Shown here: positions 25,355-37,979 of the stretch, piece after piece | Numbering within the stretch: the first letter of the stretch is position 1 | How the letters are laid out: each line of letters starts with the position of its first letter | Origin: Chiloscyllium plagiosum | Taxonomy: Eukaryota | Assembly (NCBI RefSeq): GCF_004010195.1 | Contig: NC_057728.1 | Location: forward strand, 43,493,989-43,557,988 | Reading direction: 5' to 3' | DNA: 64,000 nucleotides | Program-made: the position numbers and the translations under genes | Notes under the pieces: generated by a model | The model's database searches: none | What the model was told of the DNA's origin: nothing | What the model saw: only the letters and a program-made list of their open reading frames with translations

Positions 25355-26262
25355 ATGGCTCTTTCAGTCACCACAAGTTTTCTGGGGTGGAAGAAGTGAC
25401 ATTGGGGTTTTGCAAAAAGTGATTAAGGCCAAGCTGCTGGAATTAGCAGACAAGCTGGAACTAGAACTGCCTCCTTTTGTGAGGAAAGGAGAGATAATTA
25501 TATCAATAGTTTAGCATTTACATTTGCTGGAAACACCATCAGAATCTTCAGAGATGGCTAAAATTCAATTGAAAATGAAGCAACCTGAGTTAGAGGTAAA
25601 AGATAAGAAATTACGATTAAAAGCAGATGAAAGAGAAAAAGAGAGAGAAGAGAGAGACAAGAGAGAGAAAAAGAGAGAGAAAGAGGGAGAAAGGAGAGAG
25701 AAAAGGTGAGAGAAGAGAGGAAGAAAGAGGAGTTTGAACTTCAGAAACTGGCACTTAGGAAAGTCAGTTGAAAAGGATGGAGATGAAGGCTGAAGGTAAG
25801 CTTAGCGAGGAAGAGAGTGAGGATGAACAAATCCATGGTAGTCAAAGGCCTGATGAGAAACTGTTTAAATATGTTCAAGCATTGCCTAAATTTGATGAGA
25901 AGGACGTGGAAGCATTTTTCAACTCATTTGAAAACGTGGCTAAACAAATGCAGTGGCCACTGACCATGTGGGTTTTGCTGAGGCATTTGCATCACTATCA
26001 GAAGAGGTATCTGGGGCAAATGAGGACGTGACGAAAGCCACCTTAAGTGCATATGAGCTTGTGTCAGGAGCCCACAGACAACATTCTAGGAATCTAAGGA
26101 GGGACCCTGGTCAAACCTACACTGAGTTTGAAAGGAACAAAGTAATTTTGATTGGCGGATAAGGGCATTAAAAATAGAGCAAACCTACAATGCTCTTAGA
26201 GAGACAATTATTTTAGAGGTGTTCAAAAATTCACTTCCTGAAGTAATGAGAACTCATGTGGA
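25355..26262 (+). pseudogene. Gypsy gag remnant with SCAN-like capsid C-terminal region
   Basis: LPKFDEKDVEAFFNSFE.VAKQMQWP; AYELV.GAHRQ.SRNL..GQTY.EF; LRETIILEVFKNSLPEVMRTHVE. Confidence 0.85.
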
Positions 26263-26264
26263 AT

Positions 26265-27600
26265 TAGCAGAGACCCTGTTTGATCAGATGGTTGAGACAA
26301 GCCAGGAGCCGATAGATGAGAATGCAGACATATTTAGCTCAGATAAATTACTGAGTTAGAGTGGAAAGATGAAAAATTAAAGCAATCATATCAAAAGGCA
26401 TATACAGAATAAGAATCTGAATGTATCCCTGAATGTTATTATCTTAAAAAATGATATCATAATGACAAAATGAAGACCATCACACATTCAGGCAGATGAG
26501 AAATGGGCAGAATTTCATCAAGTTGTATTGCCAATGGGTTATAGAAAGGAGGAGTTGTGGTTAGCACATGAGCTACCTCTAAGGGGGTCATTTAGGAGTG
26601 AGAAAAACACAAGCTAAAATACAAAAACATTTTTACTGACCTGAATTGCACAAGGATGTAGTTGAATTTTGCCAGACATGTCATACATGTCAGGTAATTG
26701 GAAAACCACAGGCAGTAATAAAACCTGCACCTTTAATACCTATTCTTGCATTTGAGGAATCTTTCCAAGAGTCTTAATTGATTGATTACTTCAAACAAAA
26801 AGTGGGAATCAGTATTTGTTAACAATAATGGATCTATCGACTAGATGTCCGGAGGCCGTTCCATTACGTAATATCACAGCTCGAAGGATTGTAGATGAAT
26901 TACTCAAATTTTTCAGTAGATATGGACTACCGACAGAGATATACTAAATCAAGCGTCAAACTTCACATCAAAATTATTCAAGGGAGTTATGGATAGCTAA
27001 AGAATAAAACAATTCAAATCAACTGTGTACCATCCAGAATCATAGGGAGTGCTAGAAAGGTGTAATCAGACATCAAAGCCCATGTTGAGGGTTTATAGTC
27101 AAGACTATCCAGATGATTGGGATAAGAGAATTCCGTTTGTGCTTTTTGCGATCAGAGATGCACCAATGAATGGACCAAATTCAGTTCATTAAAATTGGTT
27201 TTTGGGCATGAAGTGAGAGGATCATTAAAATTGATTAAGGAGAAATTGGTAGGTCAGCATTCAGACAACACACATTTGAACTATGTGTCAAATCTTAGGG
27301 AATGATTAAATAGAACTGGGGAGCTGGCTAGACAGCATTTAAACTTATCACAGCATACAACGAAACAGGAAGCAGACAAGAAATAAAAAATTCACAATTT
27401 TGCTATTGGGGACAAGGTATTAGTGTTATTTCCAGTGATAGGTGAACCTTTAAAAGCAAGGTTTAGTGGATCTTATTAAGTTGAAATGAAATTGAGTGAG
27501 GTGAACTACTTGATGGGACTCCAGACAGAAAGAGATCTCACAGAATGTGTCATGTGAATATGCTCGAAAGGTATTTTGACAGGGAAGGAAAGCAAGAGGG
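26265..27600 (+). pseudogene. Gypsy integrase remnant
   Basis: AHE..GHLGVRKT..HFY.P..CQTCHTCQ zinc finger; YLLTIMD.STR.PEAVPL; YHPES*GVLER; RFSGSY (GPY/F module). Confidence 0.9.
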
Positions 27601-27655
27601 TAATGTTTTATTGATTACAACACAGAGGGAAGAAACGAGTTCAGAGGACTTGGAA

Positions 27656-28630
27656 TTGGTGTGCCACAATGATCTGTTTTGGGACCATTGCTGTTTGTCA
27701 TTTTTATAAATGACTTGGACGCAAGTATTGGTGGATGGGTCAGTAAGTTTGCAGATGACACTAATGTTGGGGGAGGGGGGAGTGGACAGTGTGGAAGAAT
27801 GTTGCAGGGGGACTTGGATAAACTATAGAATTGGGCTGAGAGATGGCAAATGGTGTTTAATGCAGATAAATGTGAGGTGTTCACTTTGGGAAGAATAACA
27901 GGAAGGTAGAATACTGGGTGAATGGAAAGATTCTTGCCAGTGTGGATGTGCAGAGGGATATTGAAGTCCATGTACGTAGATCCCTGAAAGTTGCTACCCA
28001 GGTTGATAGTGCTGCTAAGAAGGCATACAGTGTGTCAGGTTTTGTTGGGAGTGGGATTGAGTTCCAGGGCCATAATGTCATGCTGCAACTATACAAAACA
28101 CTTGGAATATTGTGTACAGTTCTGTTCGCCCCATTACAGGATGTGGAAGCATTGGAAAAGGTGCAGAGCAGATTTACCAGGATGTTGCCTGGGCTGGAGG
28201 GAAGATCTTATGAGGAAAGGCTGAAAGACTTGGGTCTGTTCTCATTGGAAAAAAGAAGGCTAAGACGGGATTTGATCGAGACATACAAGATGATCAGAGG
28301 ATTAGATAGGGTTGACAGTGAAAGTCTTTTTCCTAGGATGATGGCATCAGCTTGTATGAGAGGGCATAGCTATAAATTGAGGGGTGATAGATTTAAGACA
28401 TCTGTCAGAGGAAGATTCTTTACTTAGAGAGTGGTAAGAGCATAGAATGCTCTGCCTGCCGATGTAATTACCTCAGCAACATTAAGGACATTTAAACAAT
28501 CCTTGGATAAGCACTTGGATGATGATGGGATAGTGTAGGGGGATGGGCTTAGATTAATTCACAGGTCGGTGCAACATCGAGGGCCGTAGGGCCTGTTCTG
28601 CACTGTATTGTTCTATGTTCTATATTCTAT
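27656..28630 (+). mobile_element. CR1 LINE 3' end inserted in Gypsy
   Basis: [22 protein letters not shown] 27918-28427, ttctatgttctat tail. Confidence 0.92.
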
Positions 28631-30915
28631 GACTGTAGCTCACCATAGTAATGGTGCCAAAACTAGATGGTACCCAACATTATGTGTGGACTATCGCAAA
28701 GCCAAAGCAGTTACAGAGACTGATGCATCTCCGATTCCACATTTAGAAGACTGTTTTGAGAAAGTGGGACAAGCAACTTATATTTAGAACATAGAACATA
28801 GAAACATACAGCACAGAAAAGGCCCTTTGGCCCATGATGTTGTGCCAAGGGTTAATCCTAATGTAAAATATAATAACTTAACCTACGCACCCCTCAACTC
28901 ACTGCTCTCCATGTGCATGTCCAGCAGTCACTTAAATGTCCCTAATGACTCTGCTTCCACTACCACCGCTAGAAATACATTCCATGCATTCACAAATCTC
29001 TGCGTAAAGAATCTACCTCTGACGTCTCCTCTATACCTTTCCCCGATTTTCTTCAAACTATGAGTCCTCGTACCAGTCAATCCTGCTCTGGGGAAATGTC
29101 TCTGGCTATTGACTCTATCTATTCCTCTCATTATCTTATATACCTCGATCAGGTCTCCTCTCTTCCTCCTTCTCTCCAGAGAGAAAAGTCTGAGTTTTTT
29201 CAATCTTTCTTCATAAGGCAATCCCTCCAGTCCAGAAAGCATCCTGGTAAACCTTCTTTGCACTCTCTCCAAAGCCTCTGTATCTTTGCTATAGTAGGGC
29301 GACCAGAAATGGACACAATATTCCAAGTGTGGTCTCACCAAGAACTTGTAGAGCTGGAGCAAAACCTCACGGCTCTTAAACTCGATCCCCCTGTTAATGA
29401 AAGCCAAAACACCATATGCTTTCTTAACAACCCTATCCAATTGGGTGGCAACTTTGAGGGATCTATGTACTTGCACACCAAGATCTCTCTGTTCCTCCAC
29501 ACTACCAAGAATCCTGTCTTTAATCCTATATTCAGCATTTGAGTTCAACCTTCCAAAATGCATCACTTTGCATTTATCCAGGTTGAACTCCATCTGCAAT
29601 TTCTCAGCCCAACTCTGCATCCTGTCTATGTCACTCTGCAGCCTGCAATAGCCCTCAATACTATCGACATCACCTCCAACCTTTGTGTCATCTGCAAATT
29701 TACTAACCTACCCCTCAACCTCCTCCTCCAAGTCATTTATAAAAACTATAAAGAGCAGGGGCCCAATAACAGAGCTCTACGGGACCCCACTCAACACTGA
29801 CTTCCAGGCAGAATACTTTCCATCTATAACCACTCTCTGCCTTCTGTCAGCCAACCAATTCTGAATCCAGATAGCCAAATCTACCTGTATCCCATACTTC
29901 CTGACTTAATGAATGAGCCTACCATGGGGAACCTTATCAAAGTCCACATACACCACATCCACTGCACGACCTTCATCGACCTGTCTTGTCACCTCCTCAA
30001 AGAACTCAATAAGATTTGTGAGGCATGACCTGTCCCTCACAAAGTCATGCTGACTGCCTTTAATTCACGTTCTGCTTTGCCAAATAGTCATAGACCCTAT
30101 CCTTCAGAATTCTTTCCAAAACTTTGCTGACCACAGATGTAAGACTGACTGGTCTGTAATTGTCAGGGATTTCCCTATTACCCTTCTTTAAAAGAGAAAA
30201 ACATTTGCCTTCTTCCAATCCTCTAGTACGACTCCCGTGGAGACTGAGGAGGCAAAGATCTTTGCCAGCAGCTTAGCAACCTCCTTTCTCACTTCCCAGA
30301 GCAGCCTAGGATAAATCTGGTCTGGCCCTGTGGACTTATCAATCTTAATGTTTTCCAAAATTTCCAGCACATCACCTTCATCAATCTTGCCACTTCCTCC
30401 AGACCAAAGGGGTAGCCATTGGTACCCGTATGGGCCCCAGCTATGCCTGTCTCTTTGTTGGCTACGTAGAACAGTTCACCTTCCATAGTCACACCGCACC
30501 ACTCCCCACCTCTTCCTCCGCTACATTGATGACTGAATCGGTGCCACCTCGAGCTCCCGTGAGGAGGTTGAGCAATTCATCAACTTCACCAACACCCTGA
30601 CCTTAAATTTACCTGGACCATCTCTGACACCTCCCTCCCCTTCCTGGACCTCTCCATCTCCATTAATGACGACCGACTTGACACCGACATTTTTTACAAA
30701 CCCACCAACTCCCACAGCTACCTGGATTACACCTCTTCCCACCCTACCTCTTGCAAAAATGCCATCCCGTATTCCCAATTCCTCCGCCTCCGCCGTATCT
30801 GCTCCCAGGAGGACCAGTTCCACCACAGAACACACCAGATGGCCACCTTCATTAGAGACCGCAATTTCTCTTCCCTCGTGGTTAAAGATGCCCTCCAATG
30901 CATCTCGTCCACATC

Positions 30916-31876
30916 NNNNNNNNNNNNNNNNNNNNNNNNNNNNNNNNNNNNNNNNNNNNNNNNNNNNNNNNNNNNNNNNNNNNNNNNNNNNNNNNNNNNN
31001 NNNNNNNNNNNNNNNNNNNNNNNNNNNNNNNNNNNNNNNNNNNNNNNNNNNNNNNNNNNNNNNNNNNNNNNNNNNNNNNNNNNNNNNNNNNNNNNNNNNN
31101 NNNNNNNNNNNNNNNNNNNNNNNNNNNNNNNNNNNNNNNNNNNNNNNNNNNNNNNNNNNNNNNNNNNNNNNNNNNNNNNNNNNNNNNNNNNNNNNNNNNN
31201 NNNNNNNNNNNNNNNNNNNNNNNNNNNNNNNNNNNNNNNNNNNNNNNNNNNNNNNNNNNNNNNNNNNNNNNNNNNNNNNNNNNNNNNNNNNNNNNNNNNN
31301 NNNNNNNNNNNNNNNNNNNNNNNNNNNNNNNNNNNNNNNNNNNNNNNNNNNNNNNNNNNNNNNNNNNNNNNNNNNNNNNNNNNNNNNNNNNNNNNNNNNN
31401 NNNNNNNNNNNNNNNNNNNNNNNNNNNNNNNNNNNNNNNNNNNNNNNNNNNNNNNNNNNNNNNNNNNNNNNNNNNNNNNNNNNNNNNNNNNNNNNNNNNN
31501 NNNNNNNNNNNNNNNNNNNNNNNNNNNNNNNNNNNNNNNNNNNNNNNNNNNNNNNNNNNNNNNNNNNNNNNNNNNNNNNNNNNNNNNNNNNNNNNNNNNN
31601 NNNNNNNNNNNNNNNNNNNNNNNNNNNNNNNNNNNNNNNNNNNNNNNNNNNNNNNNNNNNNNNNNNNNNNNNNNNNNNNNNNNNNNNNNNNNNNNNNNNN
31701 NNNNNNNNNNNNNNNNNNNNNNNNNNNNNNNNNNNNNNNNNNNNNNNNNNNNNNNNNNNNNNNNNNNNNNNNNNNNNNNNNNNNNNNNNNNNNNNNNNNN
31801 NNNNNNNNNNNNNNNNNNNNNNNNNNNNNNNNNNNNNNNNNNNNNNNNNNNNNNNNNNNNNNNNNNNNNNNNNNNN
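30916..31876. other. Assembly gap
   Basis: Run of N. Confidence 1.
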
Positions 31877-32117
31877 CCCATGACTTGTCCTACCTGCCTT
31901 TCTTCCTTTCCACCTAACCACTCCACCCTCCTCTCTGACCTATCACCTTCATTCCAACCCCATTCACCCATTGTACTCTTTGCTACCTTCCCCCACAGTC
32001 CTCCTTGACCTATCACCTTCATCCCCACCCCCACTCATCTATTGTACTCTATGCTACTTTCTCCCCATCCCCACCCTCCTCTCATTTATCTCTCCACTCT
32101 TCAGGCACTCTGCCTGT

Positions 32118-32153
32118 ATTCCTGATGAAGGTCTTTTGCCCGAAACGTCGATT
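32118..32153 (+). ncRNA. Minimal hammerhead ribozyme-like motif
   Basis: attc-CTGATGA-a-ggtc/tttt/gccc-GAAAC-GTC-gatt; stem II has one mismatch. Confidence 0.55.
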
Positions 32154-32780
32154 TTCCTGCTACTTGGATGCAACTTGAACTACTGTGCTTTTCCAGCACA
32201 ATTCTATTCCAGAACCTGGTTTCCAGCATCTGCAGTCATTGTTTTTACCTCGTTCCTGACTTCCACCCATACTGACTCAGCAGACAGACCTTCCTCATTT
32301 CTGTAGCTGTGATGCACTCTCTGATTAGTAATGCTGCCCCCGCTCCTCGTTTTCCACCCTCCCTGTGCTTTTTAAATGTTCTAAACCCTGGAACATCAAG
32401 CAACCATTCCTGCCCCTGTGAAACCCACATTCCTGTTATGGTCACAACATCGTATCCCCAGATACTGATCCATGCTGTAAGATCGTCACTCTTATTTCTG
32501 AACTCCTTGCATTGAAGCAGACACAGTTTAACCAATCCCTTTGTTTCATCACATGAGAAACCTTCCTGATAGTTTCACTACATCCTGTCACTGCCCCATC
32601 TGCAACTGTCCCCCTCTCAGATATGTGGTTCTGATTCCCACACCCCTGCCAATCTAGTTTAAACCCTCCCGAATGACACAAGCAAATCTCCCACCCAGGA
32701 CATTTGTGCCCCTCCAGTTCAGGTGCAACACGTCCTTCATGTACAGGTCCCACCTTTCCCAGAAGGTATCCCAATGGTCT

Positions 32781-32963
32781 GGAAAAGCGCAGCAGGTCAG
32801 GCAGCATCCAAAGAGCAGGGGAATCGACGTTTCGGGCATGAGCCCTTCTTCAGGCTCATGCCCAAAACGTCGATTGTCCTGCACCTTGGATGCTGCTTGA
32901 CCTGCTGCGCTTTTCCAGCAACACATTTTCAGCTCTGATCTCCAGCATCTGCAGTCCTCACTT
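32781..32963 (+). mobile_element. Fold-back Penelope pLTR mini-insert
   Basis: Inverted arms meeting near 32850; 14-bp TSD TATCCCAATGGTCT (32767-32780 and 32964-32977). Confidence 0.85.
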
Positions 32964-33663
32964 TATCCCAATGGTCTACATATCTAAGTTGGACTTGCTC
33001 AGAGGACACTGGTTGCTCAGAGGATACCTTTGTTGGAAAGAGCAAAGGCAATTTCGGCTTTTGTAACATCGAATGGACTGTATCAGTTTAAAGTCATGCC
33101 ATGTGGCACAGAAAATATGCCAGCCACATTTCACAGTCGAATCAATAAGGTCATTGCTGGACTACCCAACTGTGTCGTATATATCGATGACCTGGTGATT
33201 TTTAGTTACACATGCAAGTTACATTTACCACAGGTTTGGTGATAAATCTGGCTAAAAATCAATTTGCCAAAGCCCAAGTCACCTTTCTGAGCCATGTTAC
33301 TAGACACAGACAAATGGCCCCATGGGATTCAAAAACAAAAGTAATTGGAGAGTTTCCCATACCATGACAAAAAGAGAAGTACTATGGTTCCTGGGATCGA
33401 GTGGATTTTATCGAAACTTTGTCCCAAATTTTAGCAGTGTGGCTGCTCTACTCATTGAATTGCTAAAGAAAGGCAAGAGGTTTCAGTAGACAGCGAACTG
33501 TCAGAAAACATTTGACAGCCTGAAAGCTGTGTTAACCATTGCCCCAGTATTCGCCACACTTGATTTTGTAAAGCCATTCAAGGTGGCTATCGATGCAAGT
33601 GATGTGGGTAGTTTAAGGGGTTTTAAAATGAAGCCATCTTTGGATATTGATGGTTCATTTTTT

Positions 33664-33674
33664 AAGGGGTGAGG
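33664..33674 (+). promoter_or_regulatory. Polypurine tract
   Basis: AAGGGGTGAGG immediately before the 3' LTR. Confidence 0.75.
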
Positions 33675-34296
33675 TGTGATAATGTTGCTCCTTTATCAAA
33701 GTTATGCTGTCCTTGGATTTTTTTTCCAGAGAGGTCGCAAATGACAGACTCTGAAAAGTCTGGAGTTGAAAGGTTTTGGGGCCAATTTGGTAATAGTTAA
33801 CAAGGCTTCAGTCAGAAGGCTTTCAAGTTAAAAAAATATTTGTACAATGAAGGGGCAGTGGCCAGTTCTCCCAGCTCGGCTTTTCTCTGGTTTGGTTTGG
33901 ATTTTAAAGTGTGGGAAAAGATGCTGGACCCAAAGAAGCTGGTCCATGCTGGTACTCTCTATCTGATTTCTCTCCTGTAAGACCCTGTGTGTATTTTTAC
34001 ATTTTGTGCCAAGGAGTGTTTATAGGGATTGTTGCAAGTATTTGGAACAGCATCATTAAGTTGGGATAATCTGTTGGGTTTTCGGATAAATTAAGTTATT
34101 TTGTATTTTATTCTGTCTTGATGGTGTTTCATTCAGTAATCTTGTAAGTAGATCCTGTTTTGTTTAAAATTAAGTGGTTTGACCAGCTGCATTTCTCCTG
34201 GAATATCCAATTTACACCTGCTTAAAACAATTAGCAAAGTTAGGGTCTGGGCTACCTTCTTGAAATGTTTTAAGGGGTCTGGCCTGGTCCATAACA
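33675..34296 (+). repeat. 3' LTR
   Basis: TGTGAT...CCATAACA followed by GTTAC; direct repeat of 24586-25212. Confidence 0.9.
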
Positions 34297-34879
34297 GTTA
34301 CAATTAATCAGAAACTTTACCAAATAAGTGTTATTAGCATCATGGGTCCAAGAACAAGGCAGAGTCCATGCATTTCATCCCCAATGGCTCAATATTTGAC
34401 CCTCAAAGTCTATTAAATAAGCTATTAATGTATTGGGGAGTGAAGCAAACATGTTTAAGCACAGACTTATGGAACAGTACATCTTGAATGCCAAAACCAC
34501 ATTATGACAGCAACCATTTTGAGCAAATTAACTTATATTGTTGCTGCTAGGAATTAGAATTCAGTTGTAGATTTCTGTTTATTAATTTCTGTTGACAGCA
34601 ATTGAGTGGCCTTTGGCAACACTGAAATTCTTTTAAAACAAATAGAAAACTATAAATTAGATTTATTTACAATGATTTTGTCATTGATAACCATGATTTC
34701 AATATTAGGGTAAACATATATGGTGAGTGGTTTGTATCTGGAATGCACTTTCTGAGATTGTAATGCACTTAAAATCATTGTTTTCCAGTATAGGTCATGA
34801 TCTTGCATACCCACTCCATTTGTTCAGAGAACCCAGAAGTATGATGCTTCTGAGCCCCTTAAGCTCTGCAAGTTGCTTG

Positions 34880-35065
34880 CTAAAACACTTGACTTCTCTT
34901 CCCCTTTAAGATACATTTTAAAATCTACATTTTTGAACATAGATTTGGTCATTCAACATAATATCTTCTGTGGTTAAGTTTTCAACATACTTTTATTGTA
35001 TTGCTCACCTTAGGGTGTTTGTTAAGTGTGTCACATAAAAGCAAGTTATTGTTACTGTTGGTAGT
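34880..35065 (+). mobile_element. L2-like LINE 3' tail
   Basis: cctttaagatac..ttaaaatctac..ttgaac and ataaaagcaagttattgttactgttg tail. Confidence 0.45.
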
Positions 35066-36719
35066 TAGGTCATTTTTAATGTTAATCATGAACTTGTGAA
35101 TCATTACGTTTTCTGATTTTCTATTTCAGTTTTTACTTAGACAAGAAACTTTGACCAAATTGATTTTGCCTTTAAATCTAGCCATGATTGTAGCATTGTA
35201 CATCTGCATTGTCTGAACAAATGAAGTGGAGGAGCATGATCACAATCCATACTGGAAACCACTGAGTATAAGTTTGTTACAATCTCAGATAGTCCAATTT
35301 CTAACCACTCACTGATGAGGATATTGTCATGGCTCGATCAATACCATAGGTTGATGTCCTCTGATTTTTGACCCTTCCACCAATTTCCATGTACATAATC
35401 TGTCCCAATCTTCATGTTGTTGAATGCCATGGCCTCATGCGGGCATAAAAGGTGAGAAGCATGCTATATCTAAACGTCAACCTCTTATTCTGTCTTCACC
35501 AGCCTATTTCTGCACAGAACTCCTCAGAACAGCCCAAGTTGCTGCTTCATCCATTTCTCTTTCTTGATTCAACTTCTTACATCCCCACTTGAACAGTTAC
35601 CACTGAATTTCCATCAACAATTAAAGTAATGTGTTACCTTAAAGTCCCAAACAAGTAAGATATCTTCTCCCAGTAGTCTGAAATTTCAGTGAAAGGGTCT
35701 TATTATTATATTATTCAAATTCCTCCTGCATTGTAAATGTCGATGTTAACCCTCTGTGTAAAGGTCCTCCCATTTTCATGTGTTACTGCAATATTTTACA
35801 TTATTCTTTAATTATTCAGCGATGATTCCTTTATGAACATTTGATCTTTTATCGAGTGAATTTGTTTGTGACATTTTGAACTCTTTTATGGATACACATT
35901 TCAGCTCTCTCTTATTGTTTCAATTTTGAAAGAATCCTGAATTAAAGATTTATCAATAAAAACATTTCACTCTTCTATGTTTATTTGTTATCTTACTCTG
36001 GTTCCCGGCAGCTTTCGTTTAATGAGGGCCTTTCTCATATCTTACCAGTCGAAAGGCTCCTGTATTCCTTCTAAAATTAGTATTGTGTTTTCATGCCCAG
36101 GTGTGATGTTGTCATGTCTTTTTCCAGGCCTTCATTGTAGATTCAACATGGACAACAATTAATTAAGGTAATAAATTAATACACAGGCAAAGCAAAGGTA
36201 CAATCTATTAACTGAATTAATAGTCTATGCGTGTCATTTCCATGTCCCCTTTTTGGTGTATCCTACTTTCAAAGTGGGCCTTTCTAACTGTACCTGCTAG
36301 CTGCAATGGTGTTTTTAATGGTTAATTCCTGGATGAATTTTTAAGTGATTTGATATTTATATATATATTTCTCAATCAAACTATATTTCTAACCACATAT
36401 CATTATACTGTGGTTACCTCATAGGTGTACACTATGATTGCATGGATCTGTGAGAATGCAAACATTTTGCAGAAAATCCAAGGGTGTTCTTGTGCTGACT
36501 GGCTTCATCAGTTGTAAAGTGACAAACATGGCATCAGTAACCTTGAAGTAATACTTAGCATCACAAGTTGTGACATCCTGCAGATGTCTTCAGCTGATCT
36601 CTAGAAGTAGGCCGAGGTAATAACATTTAGGACTGTGATTATCTTGACTACCACAGGCAATGCATGTTTTCCTGGTCCAGAAGGGATCAGGCTTTGTTCC
36701 AAGAATGGGAGATATCCTT

Positions 36720-36878
36720 TTAGATTAGATTACTTACAGTGTGGAAACAGGCCCTTCGGCCCAACAAGTCCACAACGCCCCGCTGAAGCGCAACCCACCC
36801 ATACCCCTACATTTACCCCTTACCTAACACTACGGGCAATTTAGCATGGCCAATTCACCTGACCTGCACATCTTTGGA
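36720..36878 (-). mobile_element. HE1-like SINE 3' half
   Basis: ttagattagattacttacagtgtggaaacaggccc tail and ggcaatttagcatggccaattcacc core. Confidence 0.85.
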
Positions 36879-37979
36879 GGGCACATCTTTTGAGAGAGTT
36901 GAGTCTCCTGAGGCAATTTTGCTCAGTGATATTCAAAAATCTGATTATCAGTTGGCATTTCCTATACTGGGGATGTTGCCTCTGTGAGTCAGATCTTTGT
37001 GTTCATCCCTTTCCATGCATTGGAACAACAGGTTGCTAAAAAAGCTATTGTTCCTATTGGTTATGTTAGTGTTGCTAGTCATATATTGCATGATGACGCT
37101 CCTCATGCTTCTCACCAGAGGTACAAGATAGAGCTGCATAAACTGAAACCATTGTGCTGTGAAAGCCAGCAGCTGGGAATTACAGTTCAAAGTAAATACC
37201 TTGCAGAAATACCTTCTATTGACTTAAAAATTAAAATTAAACAGTGAAACCACTCTCTCAGAAGAACACCCGTGAGTGAAAACTTTTCACTTTGGTGGAG
37301 AAGCAGCTGTCCTGTTTCAGTCCTTAAAGGTTTTTCAAATTGTAATTTCATAGCCTGTTAATCCCCACTGTGCTCTTGACCTATGAGACTTGGTGAATAT
37401 GACAACCCAGAAAACCTATTCACAGTAGTTATGTCAGAATGCAGGGGTATATCCTTAGACATTTGCCTGTTTTACAATTTAAATACTGACCTTTCTATCC
37501 CATGAGGGTAAAGGTTTATGCCAGGTTCATACTACGATCATATTTTTATCCTTGATGAACAGCTTGTGTGCACTTACACCTACTCCCTTGTTGTGCGTTA
37601 AAACTCCTTCCTGGTTCCAGAAGCGACATTACAGTACACTGAATCCTATATATGATATGTGCATAATGGTTTTGATGAAGAAACAGTTTATTGTACTATA
37701 AAACAATGAATCAGAGGCTTTGTGAGACCTTAATTTTACAAGTAAGTAAACAGAGGATGTCCATTGCACATCAAACACATCATTCTAATTCTCTCATAGC
37801 CCAATACAAAATGCTAATCCAACTAAGGGAGAAACACAAAGTGCACTCAGTATACTTTCAAGTTCTTTCACATTATTGTTTTATTTCACATCAGTTAAAA
37901 TAAAAGTGATGCACAATTCTGAGAGCAACATTCATTCTGATACCATATTTCACTGTTAATATTGAAGGACTATAGCACC

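Larger units (their letters stand above)
30390..32250 (+). mobile_element. Penelope-like element (RT fragment, gap, pLTR)
   Basis: HFLQTKGVA.GTRMGPSYACLFVGYVEQ, LFLRYIDD, PFLDLSISI, FYKPTNSHSYLDY. Terminal repeat has a hammerhead at 32118-32153. Confidence 0.92.
28786..32985 (-). mobile_element. CR1 LINE (ORF1 esterase end, endonuclease start, RT, 3' tail) inserted in the Gypsy RT
   Basis: agaacat tail repeats at 28786; ORF 28928-29620; LNCVCFNARS..DVVTITGMW; WERWDLYMKDVLHLNWRGTNVL. Middle replaced by a Penelope piece and a gap. Confidence 0.92.
28632..33610 (+). pseudogene. Gypsy RT/RNase H remnant in two pieces (28632-28785 and 32983-33610)
   Basis: PIVMVPKLDG..LCVDYRK..EKVGQATYI joins SKLDLLRGHW, then YQFKVMP.G, YIDD, FKVAIDASD. 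Confidence 0.88.
24586..34296 (+). mobile_element. Gmr1-like Ty3/Gypsy LTR retrotransposon, both LTRs present, decayed
   Basis: Paired LTRs, 5-bp TSD GCTAC/GTTAC, PBS, PPT, order gag-INT-RT-RH, many stops; hosts CR1 and Penelope insertions. Confidence 0.92.

Noticed and set aside
30521..32034. Long ORFs of 339-466 aa (also 54761-55768 and 23694-23997)
   Set aside because: Artefacts of translating through N gaps.
35311..35345. CTGATGAG as a hammerhead core
   Set aside because: No stem II or downstream GAAA box.
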